IMG/VR virus record: IMGVR_UViG_3300021142_001969 | Span: 1-51,610 of that record | Source of the DNA: a virus | Lineage: Duplodnaviria; Caudoviricetes | Direction: 5' to 3' (one strand) | Length of the DNA stretch: 51,610 nt | Shown here: positions 8,798 through 17,413 of the stretch, one piece after another | How the letters are laid out: each line of letters begins with the position of its first letter | Numbering within the stretch: the first letter of the stretch is position 1 | Program-made: the position numbers and the translations under genes | The notes under the pieces: model-generated | Databases searched by the model: none | The model's input: only the letters and a program-made list of their open reading frames with translations | Told to the model about the DNA's origin: nothing

Positions 8798-9691
8798 ATG
8801 GAAAATATTTTAATTGAAACTTTAGCAGAAAAATTAGGTGGTAAACTTTGGATCAAAGAAGATAAGAAAAGAATCTATCTTGATTGCGGCTACAACACTA
8901 AGAAAATGAGTACTAAGACTTATGTGTATCAACGTGAAGACGGCACATTTGGAGTTAGTTGTTACATCGATTGTCCTTCTCAACCTTATGCCTGGATTCA
9001 ATCTCAGCAAGCAGAAGTAATTGAAGGTGTAGAAAGAAGAATCGAAGATGTATTAGCAGATACAGTCTATTTAATTACAGACGATTCGACTGGTAAGGTT
9101 ATTAATGATAATGGCAATCCATGTGAATTAAATGACCTATATGATAGTGCTTATTTTTTAAGTAAATCCGCTGCTGAAAAGTACATATCGAAGGAATTAG
9201 GTAAAGGATATTCTATTAAGGAAATGAATAGAGAAGAGTTCAATACAGAAGTTGACAGACTTAATGAAATTGAAAGAAATTTACCACTTAGCGTTAAGAT
9301 TGAAAGAGGAGATTCTATTTCATTTCACAAAGGAAATTTTGAAGAAGTAAAGCTTAAATTAGAAGCTGATGGTATAATGGATTTGCTTACTGTGAATCTT
9401 TATAATGACTGGTCTGGTTCATTTAAAAAGAAAGGTGAAAATGATAGGTTAGCTATTGACGTAATTAATGATAAAATCAGTAAGGATAAAATCATCAAAG
9501 AAGAGGCTCTTATTATAAAGAGTGCCGGCAAAACATCCGTTGACTTAAAAAATGGTAATAGAGTTTCTCATAAGGTGTTTGGAGAAGGTACTATTATTTC
9601 AGATGATAATAAAATCATTGAAATAAAGTTTGATTCTATAGATGAAGTAAAGAAATTGATTAAGGCTTACGCTAAACTTGAAAAACTTTAA
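8798..9691 (+). CDS. Protein with C-terminal PcrA/UvrD-type Tudor-like domain
   Basis: GNRVSHKVFGEGTI..IEIKF..KKLIKAYAKLEKL; ATG 8798 lies downstream of the promoter. Confidence 0.7.
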   Translation: MENILIETLAEKLGGKLWIKEDKKRIYLDCGYNTKKMSTKTYVYQREDGTFGVSCYIDCPSQPYAWIQSQQAEVIEGVERRIEDVLADTVYLITDDSTGKVINDNGNPCELNDLYDSAYFLSKSAAEKYISKELGKGYSIKEMNREEFNTEVDRLNEIERNLPLSVKIERGDSISFHKGNFEEVKLKLEADGIMDLLTVNLYNDWSGSFKKKGENDRLAIDVINDKISKDKIIKEEALIIKSAGKTSVDLKNGNRVSHKVFGEGTIISDDNKIIEIKFDSIDEVKKLIKAYAKLEKL

Positions 9692-9694
9692 GCA

Positions 9695-9991
9695 ATGCCA
9701 ATTAAATCACTTATGCTTCGATTTGATAAATTTCTTCATGCTACTGAAAAAGCCTACCTGATAAGAGTAGGCTCAACAGAGCATTGGATACCAAAGAAAC
9801 TTTGTCGTAATTTTATTACAAACAAAAAATTAGGAGGGAATGTATCAATTCCAGCTTTCTTATATGAAAGAATAACAGGTGAGAGTATTGAAGATGCGCC
9901 TATATCTGATGCCGACTTTATAGTAGAAAAACATATACCTGAGCGTAAAGAACCTATTAAAATCGAAGCCGATGCAACCCTTATTAAGTAA
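9695..9991 (+). CDS. Hypothetical protein
   Basis: TEKAYLI..WIPKK motif; overlaps the helicase start. Confidence 0.7.
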   Translation: MPIKSLMLRFDKFLHATEKAYLIRVGSTEHWIPKKLCRNFITNKKLGGNVSIPAFLYERITGESIEDAPISDADFIVEKHIPERKEPIKIEADATLIK

Positions 9992-11186
9992 TCAGTTGTC
10001 AAAAATTGACAAGTTTAAAAACTTGAAGGTAGGTGCTGATTTCGGAGAGCCTGGCACCGGTAAGACCAGAAGCACAATGGAATTGGTAAAGGCTACAGAA
10101 TCTACACTATGCGTTTGGATTGCTCCTTACAGAACCATTCACCCACCCGAAGGTATGAATGGCATTCAACAGGAGGTTGGAAAGTGGGGAGGTTTAGGTA
10201 TTGAAACGATATTTATTGCTCCTGAAACGATCAGTATGAGCGATAGGCAGTACCTACAGTTATTTAATAAAATTCGTACAGCATTGTGTACATTCATAGT
10301 GGTAGACGAAAGCCTGAAAATTAAGAATAGCGAAGCCAAAAGAACCAACAGGATTATTGATTTAGGAAAGATGGCAGAATACAAGTTCATCCTGAATGGG
10401 ACTGCTCTGAGTAAGTCATTACTGGATATTTGGGCACAAATGCAGTTTCTATCTCCTCTTATACTTAGGATGTCACAGGCTGAATATAAGAATACTATTT
10501 GTGAATATACTACGGTAAAGAAGAGAATCGGTTACAAATGGTATTCAAAGGAGTTTATAACAGGATACCATAATGTGGATTACCTTTTCTCTATCATCGA
10601 GCCTTATGTGTTTGATTGCAAACTGGATATTGAAGCGAAGAAGCAGTACTTTGATTATAGTTACATTCTGAGCGAAGAACATAAAGAAGAGTATCGGCGA
10701 TTGAAAGAGAAGTATTTGGATGATGAAACTTTGCAGTGGAAGAATAATAACATATTTTTGGAGTTAACGCAGAAAATGCAACATTTGTATTGCTGTACTG
10801 AGGATAAGTTCGCTGTTGTAGATGAGATTTTAAAGAATTGTGACAGGAAGAAAGTTCTCATATATCGGAAGTTTATCGAAAGCGATATTGAACTGAAGAA
10901 GCGTTACCCTGATATTCCTATAATGAGTATTCAGAGCCATAGTTATAGTTTGAACTTGCAGGAGTACGATACGATTATAGAATGGGATAAGACCTGGGAC
11001 TATGCCTTGGTTGACCAGCGGGAGCATAGAATTTACAGGACTGGTCAGGAGCATACCTGTAAGTTCTATAAGTTGACAGGTAGTGCAAATCTGGAAGGAT
11101 TAATGAATACTAACAATGAAACTAAAGGTAAATTATTACAATATTTTAAAGAAAAGGGTTATAAAGAAATAATGAAAAAGTTATGA
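9972..11186 (+). CDS. Compact SNF2-like helicase/ATPase
   Basis: GEPGTGKT, VVDES, LNGT, QREHRIYRTGQ. Confidence 0.85.
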   Translation: MQPLLSNQLSKIDKFKNLKVGADFGEPGTGKTRSTMELVKATESTLCVWIAPYRTIHPPEGMNGIQQEVGKWGGLGIETIFIAPETISMSDRQYLQLFNKIRTALCTFIVVDESLKIKNSEAKRTNRIIDLGKMAEYKFILNGTALSKSLLDIWAQMQFLSPLILRMSQAEYKNTICEYTTVKKRIGYKWYSKEFITGYHNVDYLFSIIEPYVFDCKLDIEAKKQYFDYSYILSEEHKEEYRRLKEKYLDDETLQWKNNNIFLELTQKMQHLYCCTEDKFAVVDEILKNCDRKKVLIYRKFIESDIELKKRYPDIPIMSIQSHSYSLNLQEYDTIIEWDKTWDYALVDQREHRIYRTGQEHTCKFYKLTGSANLEGLMNTNNETKGKLLQYFKEKGYKEIMKKL

Positions 11187-11734
11187 GTACAAAATTTAAA
11201 AGTCCGGTTTATAATGTCATTGCCGTACCAATTGACAAAATAGAAGCAAATGATTACAATCCTAATCATGTGGCTAAAAGAGAAATGGATTTGCTGTATC
11301 AGAGTATTAAATGTGATGGCTACACAATGCCTATTGTCTGCTTCTATGATAAGGACAGAGATAAGTATGTGATTGTTGACGGCTTCCATCGCTACACCAT
11401 TATGCTTAAATACAAGAATATTTATGAGCGTGAAAATGGTATGCTTCCTGTTTCTGTTATTGAGAAGGATATTAGCGATCGTATGGCATCTACTATTCGA
11501 CACAATCGTGCAAGAGGTAAACATGAGGTTGAGTTACAGGCATCTTTAGTAGGAATGCTAAAAGCCGGATGGGATGAAATTAAAATCATGAAAGAACTCG
11601 GCATGACACTTGAAGAAGTTCAAAGGCTTATTGGATTGAAAGGAATCGCTTCCGAAATTGCTGGTGTTCCTTATTCAATTGAACGACAAATTATTGAAGC
11701 TGGAGAAGATATTCCTGATGAAGATTTCAATTAA
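11183..11734 (+). CDS. IbrB/YbdM-like ParB/Srx-domain protein
   Basis: ANDYNPNHVA, DGYTMPIV, VDGFHRY, STIRHNRARGKH. Confidence 0.9.
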   Translation: MSTKFKSPVYNVIAVPIDKIEANDYNPNHVAKREMDLLYQSIKCDGYTMPIVCFYDKDRDKYVIVDGFHRYTIMLKYKNIYERENGMLPVSVIEKDISDRMASTIRHNRARGKHEVELQASLVGMLKAGWDEIKIMKELGMTLEEVQRLIGLKGIASEIAGVPYSIERQIIEAGEDIPDEDFN

Positions 11735-11740
11735 TTAACT

Positions 11741-12880
11741 ATGGCAAGAACAGTAGTAAGAGGTGTAATTGATGTTTTAGAGGCTGCAAAAAAACGAATC
11801 AATTTCATTTTTGATAATTACGATAATATTTCTCTGTCTTTTTCCGGAGGTAAGGACAGCACTGCTCTTTTCCATTTGATTAATACTGAAGCAATCAAAA
11901 GAGATAGAAAGTTCATGCTTTACTTTCAGGATCAGGAAGCAGAATATCAAGGAACTATCGATTTTGTTGAATGGGCAATGTCGCAGCCAAATGTTATTCC
12001 ATTATGGTATCAAGTCCCAATATTTATGACAAATGCCGCCAGTCAGCAACAATTATTCTTATGGGCATGGGGTGAAGGTGAAGAATGGGTAAGGGAAAAA
12101 CACCCGATTGCAATTCATAAGTTGGATAAAAAATATCCTAAGCGTTTCCATAAGTTCAATTTGTGGGTAGGTCAAAACCTTAAGCAGTTACAGGGTAAGA
12201 GTATTTCTATTATCGGATTGCGAGCCGAAGAAAGTCCGGATAGAAGATTTGTAATGTTTGGTGAAAACAGTGAATTATTTTGGATAAGGAGAAAAAACAT
12301 AGCAGACAAACCTCATAGAGCCTACCCTATTATTGACTGGTCTTATACTGATGTCTGGAAGTATTTAATTGAAAACAATCTCAAATACAATCGGGTTTAT
12401 GATAAAATGTATATGCTTGGTGGAAATTTGAGATATTTCCGAGTATCGAATTTGGTGCATGAAAAAGCTTTCCGGTGTCTTACCGACCTTCAGGAGCTTG
12501 AACCGGAAACATACGATAAATTAGAAAGGAGATTGAAAGGTGTGCATACTGCCGCTATTTATGGTAAAGAGGATTTAATGTATTCTATTAAGTCTTTGCC
12601 AGATAATTTTAATACTTGGAAAGAGTATAAGGACTTTCTTTTAAACTCAATTCATCCCGACTTAAAGCGAATATTTGAATATCAATGGAGTAGATTTGCA
12701 GATACTGACGATGTGGGAGCGAATAAATATATGGTGAAAAGGATATTACTTTGCGACTGGGAAGGGAGTATTACCTGGAATAGAGATTATGATTTTAACT
12801 ATACTAAAGACCAGATTCTACATAAGAATAAACTGAAAAGAGAGGATGAGATTATAAAAAAATGGACTCAATTATTATAA
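11741..12880 (+). CDS. IbrA/YbdN-like PAPS-reductase-fold (PP-loop) protein
   Basis: SFSGGKDS, DQEAEY, IGLRAEES, YPIIDW, RVS. Confidence 0.9.
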   Translation: MARTVVRGVIDVLEAAKKRINFIFDNYDNISLSFSGGKDSTALFHLINTEAIKRDRKFMLYFQDQEAEYQGTIDFVEWAMSQPNVIPLWYQVPIFMTNAASQQQLFLWAWGEGEEWVREKHPIAIHKLDKKYPKRFHKFNLWVGQNLKQLQGKSISIIGLRAEESPDRRFVMFGENSELFWIRRKNIADKPHRAYPIIDWSYTDVWKYLIENNLKYNRVYDKMYMLGGNLRYFRVSNLVHEKAFRCLTDLQELEPETYDKLERRLKGVHTAAIYGKEDLMYSIKSLPDNFNTWKEYKDFLLNSIHPDLKRIFEYQWSRFADTDDVGANKYMVKRILLCDWEGSITWNRDYDFNYTKDQILHKNKLKREDEIIKKWTQLL

Positions 12881-12889
12881 AATAAAAGT

Positions 12890-13219
12890 ATGGACAAATT
12901 TGTATTAGCAGAAAACCCAATGCGAGAAGGAGCAGATTTATTTATCTGCCATCTTTTAAACCCAATTGCAATATTTCAGGCACACGAAGGACATATTCAG
13001 TTTAAAGATAAGATATGCAATCACTTTGAATTCGTAAATAGTGATGGAGTATTAGAGCTTTGGACGCTTTCAACTCACCATTTCTTTACCACTAATTTTA
13101 TAGAAGAACCTGAAAAACAGATACCTAAAGTAATGGATAAAGCATGGAGATGGTATAGATCTTACTTAGAATGGGAGGATAAAAACATAGATTTAGACGA
13201 TTATGCAGCAGAAAATTAA
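12890..13219 (+). CDS. Hypothetical protein
   Basis: 109-aa ORF in cassette. Confidence 0.7.
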   Translation: MDKFVLAENPMREGADLFICHLLNPIAIFQAHEGHIQFKDKICNHFEFVNSDGVLELWTLSTHHFFTTNFIEEPEKQIPKVMDKAWRWYRSYLEWEDKNIDLDDYAAEN

Positions 13220-13391
13220 CGATGAACAACTACGGGAATGGTTTTCTGAACGCCCAGCGCTAAGATTAACAAAGTTAGAAGAAGAAGCTAATATGCCTGC
13301 AAGAACCCTACAAAGATTTATTGATGGTAGAAGTATGCCCGATAAACACTACACTTCACTAATATTAATACTCAAAAAATACGGTTTATAA
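13203..13391 (+). CDS. Small HTH DNA-binding protein
   Basis: LTKLEEEANMPARTLQRFIDG.R HTH pattern. Confidence 0.7.
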   Translation: MQQKINDEQLREWFSERPALRLTKLEEEANMPARTLQRFIDGRSMPDKHYTSLILILKKYGL

Positions 13392-13436
13392 ACATATAGA
13401 GTTTTTATAATATGTTCTTGTTTTTTTATTACACTT

Positions 13437-13465
13437 AACCCTTTGTTGTATTGCAGAGGGTTTTT
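13437..13465 (+). terminator. Intrinsic terminator closing the cassette
   Basis: AACCCTTTG..CAGAGGGTT hairpin plus T tract. Confidence 0.7.
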
Positions 13466-13512
13466 AGTTCAAACGGATTCAGTATTTATTTACGTATGTG
13501 CGTAGTAATACG

Positions 13513-13520
13513 TATATTTG
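13513..13520 (+). promoter_or_regulatory. -7 promoter element
   Basis: TATATTTG 24 nt before ATG 13545; upstream TACGTA/TGCGTA repeats. Confidence 0.5.
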
Positions 13521-13544
13521 AACACTAAGTTATTTTCGATTTAA

Positions 13545-13778
13545 ATGGATTTATCCAACTTCACTATATCAGAATTAGAAGGTACTTTCAACAAAGACAA
13601 GGTTGATTCTATTACTATAAACATTACCAAAGATGCATATAGTAAAACTGGTATGAGTTGTGCTGCTTCTATAAGATTTGCCAATGGCAATACGTCAGGC
13701 AGACATGCTATTGGTTCTTATGATAACCCAACAAAGTTGATAGAAGAATTGAAACAATTTATTTCCGCACTAAAGTAG
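13545..13778 (+). CDS. Hypothetical protein
   Basis: 77-aa ORF with own putative promoter. Confidence 0.6.
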   Translation: MDLSNFTISELEGTFNKDKVDSITINITKDAYSKTGMSCAASIRFANGNTSGRHAIGSYDNPTKLIEELKQFISALK

Positions 13779-13801
13779 TAGTTAATTTATTTTTTAGATT
13801 G

Positions 13802-13825
13802 AAATACATATTGTATGTATTTTTG
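13802..13825 (+). promoter_or_regulatory. Palindromic operator/promoter motif, copy 1
   Basis: AAATACATA-TTG-TATGTATTT overlapping TATTTTTG. Confidence 0.8.
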
Positions 13826-13846
13826 TTTAATAAATATATTATCTGA

Positions 13847-15307
13847 ATGTCAAAACAAATAGGAATAAGAATTATTAAGACCGAGCCAATTAATTGGCGT
13901 GAATTGCAATTTATTCAGCAGGATGATTTTAAAGAAATACCAGAAGAAGCACGTCATAAACTCAAAGCTTCATTAGTCGGGAATAACTTCATACAGCCTT
14001 TTTACGTGTGGCAGTCTGATGATGGCATTACTTATTGTCTAGATGGAAAGCATCGAACCATGTTTCTGGAAGAGCTGATAAATGAGGGTTATGATGTACC
14101 TTATGAGTTACCAGCAACATTTGTAAGTTGTACTGATAAAAAAGAAGCAGCTCGTTTAGTTCTGGTTTTTAGTTCTGCATATGCGAAAATAACACAGACA
14201 GGACTTAGATCATTTATTGAATTAAATGATCTAAATTGGTCTGAAATAAAGGGAGAGATTGATTTACCTGAGTTTAGTGTTGAGAGGTTTGAACAGAAGT
14301 TTGATTTCTTTGGTGTACAGGATTCATCAAATGACGAGGATCCTGAATTTGGAAAAGAAGATATTGAGATTGTAGTTAAGCCTGGAGATGTGTTTCAGTT
14401 AGGCAGTCATCGTTTATTCTGTGGAAGTTTTAAGGATGATGAAGGAGTGGAAGAGCTGATGGAGAACCAGAAGGCAAGAATTGTTTTTTGTGATCCACCT
14501 TATAATCTGCCAGCTAATTTCTTTACCAATAAGGATGAGAAGAAGCATAAGGACTTTGCGGAAGGTGCCGGTGAAATGACTGATCAGGAGTTTTCCGAGT
14601 TTCTTGCATTGATAATGACCAAATCAAAAGAGAACACAGTTCCTGGAGCAATCCACTATATATGCATGGATTTTCGCCATTGCTGGCACATGACAGATGC
14701 TGCCCGGGTTGTTTATGGTAATCCTGAACCAAAGCAAGTATGTGTCTGGAATAAGGACATGATGGCGAATGGTAGTTTCTACCGGGCCAAGCAAGAACTT
14801 GTATTCGTTTTCCAGAATGATAATGCAATGCATTTGTGGAATAATGATTTGTTAGATGAAGGTGGTTTTTATAAAAATGAGAATGAGTTAGTTTTTATCT
14901 TTAAGAACAGTGATGGAGCAAAGCACTTATCACACCTTGAATTAAAAAACAGGATTCGTTCTAATGTCTGGAATTATCCTTCTGCTATTTCTACTGCTAA
15001 TCCTGACCGTTACGAGCTTAAAAACCATCCTACACCTAAGCCAGTGGTAATGGTAGCTGATGCCATCCTGGATACAACGAATGAAGGAGATATTGTAATT
15101 GATTGGTTTTTGGGTTCTGGTACCACATTGATAGCTGCAGAAAAAACAAACCGTATTTGTCATGCAACTGAGATTGACCCCGGATATGTTCAACATATCA
15201 TTTGCCGGTATTACAGATATTGTGAGAAAACTGGAAGAGAGTTTAATTTTAAACATGTTAATGGTTCATTATCAATAAATCAAATTTTACAAACAGAAAC
15301 TGTATAG
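13847..15307 (+). CDS. ParB-like domain fused to N6/N4 DNA methyltransferase (beta class)
   Basis: N-terminal LDGKHR; DPPY, HPTPKP, DWFLGSGTT. Confidence 0.9.
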   Translation: MSKQIGIRIIKTEPINWRELQFIQQDDFKEIPEEARHKLKASLVGNNFIQPFYVWQSDDGITYCLDGKHRTMFLEELINEGYDVPYELPATFVSCTDKKEAARLVLVFSSAYAKITQTGLRSFIELNDLNWSEIKGEIDLPEFSVERFEQKFDFFGVQDSSNDEDPEFGKEDIEIVVKPGDVFQLGSHRLFCGSFKDDEGVEELMENQKARIVFCDPPYNLPANFFTNKDEKKHKDFAEGAGEMTDQEFSEFLALIMTKSKENTVPGAIHYICMDFRHCWHMTDAARVVYGNPEPKQVCVWNKDMMANGSFYRAKQELVFVFQNDNAMHLWNNDLLDEGGFYKNENELVFIFKNSDGAKHLSHLELKNRIRSNVWNYPSAISTANPDRYELKNHPTPKPVVMVADAILDTTNEGDIVIDWFLGSGTTLIAAEKTNRICHATEIDPGYVQHIICRYYRYCEKTGREFNFKHVNGSLSINQILQTETV

Positions 15308-15331
15308 TAATTTCGCTAAAAACATTAGCGA

Positions 15332-15565
15332 ATGAGTACGGAAGAAAAATTAAGAATTATGGTAGAGGTTAAACAAAGTATTATTGATTATCTACAGGAA
15401 GAAATAAAGATTAATGCTGATGCTCTTAAATCGTATGAAGAAAGGGATAACCCTATTCAGAATAGCGATACTGAGATTAAACGTATCAGAGAAATTGAAG
15501 CTGTTAAGTTACGGGATAGAATTCATGAACTTACCAGACATATTGCTGTAATTAAACGCATGTAA
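15332..15565 (+). CDS. Hypothetical coiled-coil protein
   Basis: TAATG coupling to terS. Confidence 0.6.
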   Translation: MSTEEKLRIMVEVKQSIIDYLQEEIKINADALKSYEERDNPIQNSDTEIKRIREIEAVKLRDRIHELTRHIAVIKRM

Positions 15566-16008
15566 TGCGAGAAAAAAAAGATATAGCGGATAAATTAAAA
15601 AAGGACACCAGAGTAAGATCTGTTATGGAATGGTATCTGCAGGGATACATGACAAAGGATATTATTACTCAGTGTTTCGCTAAATGGGAGATTGGCGAGA
15701 GGATGGCTTATAAGTATATTAAAGAATGTAAAGCCATTCTTGCTGCTGCCAGAAAAGGTGAGGTATCAGAAAGAATAGATTTCTATATGGCTGCTAAAAT
15801 GAAGCTATACAATGAGATGAAAGATAAGGTTACTCCAAAAGGTGCAGCAGTAGCAAATGATATTCTGGATAGCATGGCAACTTTGGAGGGAATAGTTACA
15901 AATAAAATTGATATTACAAGTGATAAAAAGCCGTTAGCCTCTCCACAAATAATAGTTAATCAATTTACTATTGACTCCACTCTTGATATAAAAGAAAATG
16001 AAGAATAA
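15565..16008 (+). CDS. Terminase small subunit (putative)
   Basis: HTH-like N-terminus, KIDITS C-terminal motif, directly upstream of terL. Confidence 0.7.
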   Translation: MREKKDIADKLKKDTRVRSVMEWYLQGYMTKDIITQCFAKWEIGERMAYKYIKECKAILAAARKGEVSERIDFYMAAKMKLYNEMKDKVTPKGAAVANDILDSMATLEGIVTNKIDITSDKKPLASPQIIVNQFTIDSTLDIKENEE

Positions 16009-17248
16009 TGAACTTACAGTTGGCCCACTTTATTCAAAAATAGCGGCATGTAAGTCAAAGTATGTCATTTTACAAGGCGGTAAATGGTCATCTAAAACAG
16101 TTAATACACTTATTCATCTTGGTATAATAGCCTGTCAATCTAAGTCAGTTATTACAGTTATTGGATCAACTGTACCAAACCTTAAAAAAGGAGCGCTACG
16201 AGATTTTAAAACTCATGTTGCACCTAAAGACGGTATAAAAGAATACATTAAAAGCTTCAACGAATCGGAACGTACTTACTACTTTAAAAATGGAAGCATC
16301 ATTGAGTTTACTTCTTATTCAACAGCTTTAGAAGCTACTTCCGGTAAAAGAGACTATGCCTTTTTCAATGAGGTAAATGGTATATGTTATGATATCTTTT
16401 ATAATGTAGCTATATCCACTGATAAGCAGATTTATATGGACTATAATCCTACTGCTAAATTCTTTGTACACACTAAGTTTTTCGATTCAAAACCTGGAGA
16501 TCAGTTTTATGGGAAATATACCAGATTTATAACTGATCATAGGCACAATCCTTTCTTATCTAAAGAAAAACACCAAGAGATTGAGAGCATAAGTGATCCT
16601 GAAAAGTTCAGAGTTTATGCGCGTGGACTTACTGGTAATGTAGAGGGATTAATATTCACCATGAAGAAGGTGGATAAAGTTCCGGAAGGATTGCCTTTTG
16701 GTTTCGGTATTGACTTTGGGTATAATAGTGATCAATCAGCAATCGTTAAGGTTTGGTATGATAAACGAGACAGGTATTATAAGGAGCTTTTATACATGAC
16801 AGAGAATGAAATTCTTGATTTAATAATCAAAAATAATCTCGATACAACTCCTGCAGGTTTTATGGCTAAGTTATTAAAGGATAATGGATGTACAACATCT
16901 ACTTTAATTTGGGGCGATCATGACAAAGCTTATTCAGTAGCCTTCAGGAGATTGGGTATACCTTTTAGAATGGCAAGAAAAGGACCGAATAGCCTTGCTG
17001 CAAGCATTAGTAAGGTTAAGGAGTGTAATAATTTTTATATTGATTCTCCAAATCTTGAATCAGAACTTTCAACGTATGAATGGGATAAAGCAATCGATGT
17101 CTTAACAGGTAACGAAATATCAACAAATCAGCCGGTAGATGGTAAACCAGACCATTTATTATCATCAATTCGCTACTTTGATTATAGTTACGGGATGAGA
17201 TTTGGCAACCATCCTGATGATGAGCAAAAACAGGAAAATGAAGTTTAA
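15998..17248 (+). CDS. terL: Terminase large subunit (PBSX/SPP1-like)
   Basis: QGGKWSSKT, FFNE, DYNP, GIDFG, DHLLSSIRY. Confidence 0.92.
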   Translation: MKNNELTVGPLYSKIAACKSKYVILQGGKWSSKTVNTLIHLGIIACQSKSVITVIGSTVPNLKKGALRDFKTHVAPKDGIKEYIKSFNESERTYYFKNGSIIEFTSYSTALEATSGKRDYAFFNEVNGICYDIFYNVAISTDKQIYMDYNPTAKFFVHTKFFDSKPGDQFYGKYTRFITDHRHNPFLSKEKHQEIESISDPEKFRVYARGLTGNVEGLIFTMKKVDKVPEGLPFGFGIDFGYNSDQSAIVKVWYDKRDRYYKELLYMTENEILDLIIKNNLDTTPAGFMAKLLKDNGCTTSTLIWGDHDKAYSVAFRRLGIPFRMARKGPNSLAASISKVKECNNFYIDSPNLESELSTYEWDKAIDVLTGNEISTNQPVDGKPDHLLSSIRYFDYSYGMRFGNHPDDEQKQENEV

Positions 17249-17278
17249 TTTTAATGTTAATAAAAATATTTTGTTATC

Positions 17279-17302
17279 AAATACATATTGTATGTATTTT
17301 TG
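17279..17302 (+). promoter_or_regulatory. Palindromic operator/promoter motif, copy 2
   Basis: AAATACATA-TTG-TATGTATTTTTG, identical to copy 1. Confidence 0.8.
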
Positions 17303-17369
17303 TATCCTACAATTTAATAAAATAAAATTACTACATTGAAAGCACTTCAAACACTTACTTTAAATTAAT

Positions 17370-17388
17370 AATACATACAGTATGTATT
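17370..17388. promoter_or_regulatory. Palindromic operator motif, copy 3
   Basis: AATACATA-CAG-TATGTATT. Confidence 0.75.
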
Positions 17389-17413
17389 TTATTGATAATT
17401 GAATATAAAAGAA

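Noticed and set aside
8775-8800. Hammerhead ribozyme in the cassette leader
   Set aside because: GAAA is present but the CUGANGA core is absent
11741-12880. cysH auxiliary metabolic gene
   Set aside because: IbrA-type sequence paired with IbrB; no ECGLH-type C-terminal motif and no other sulfur-pathway genes
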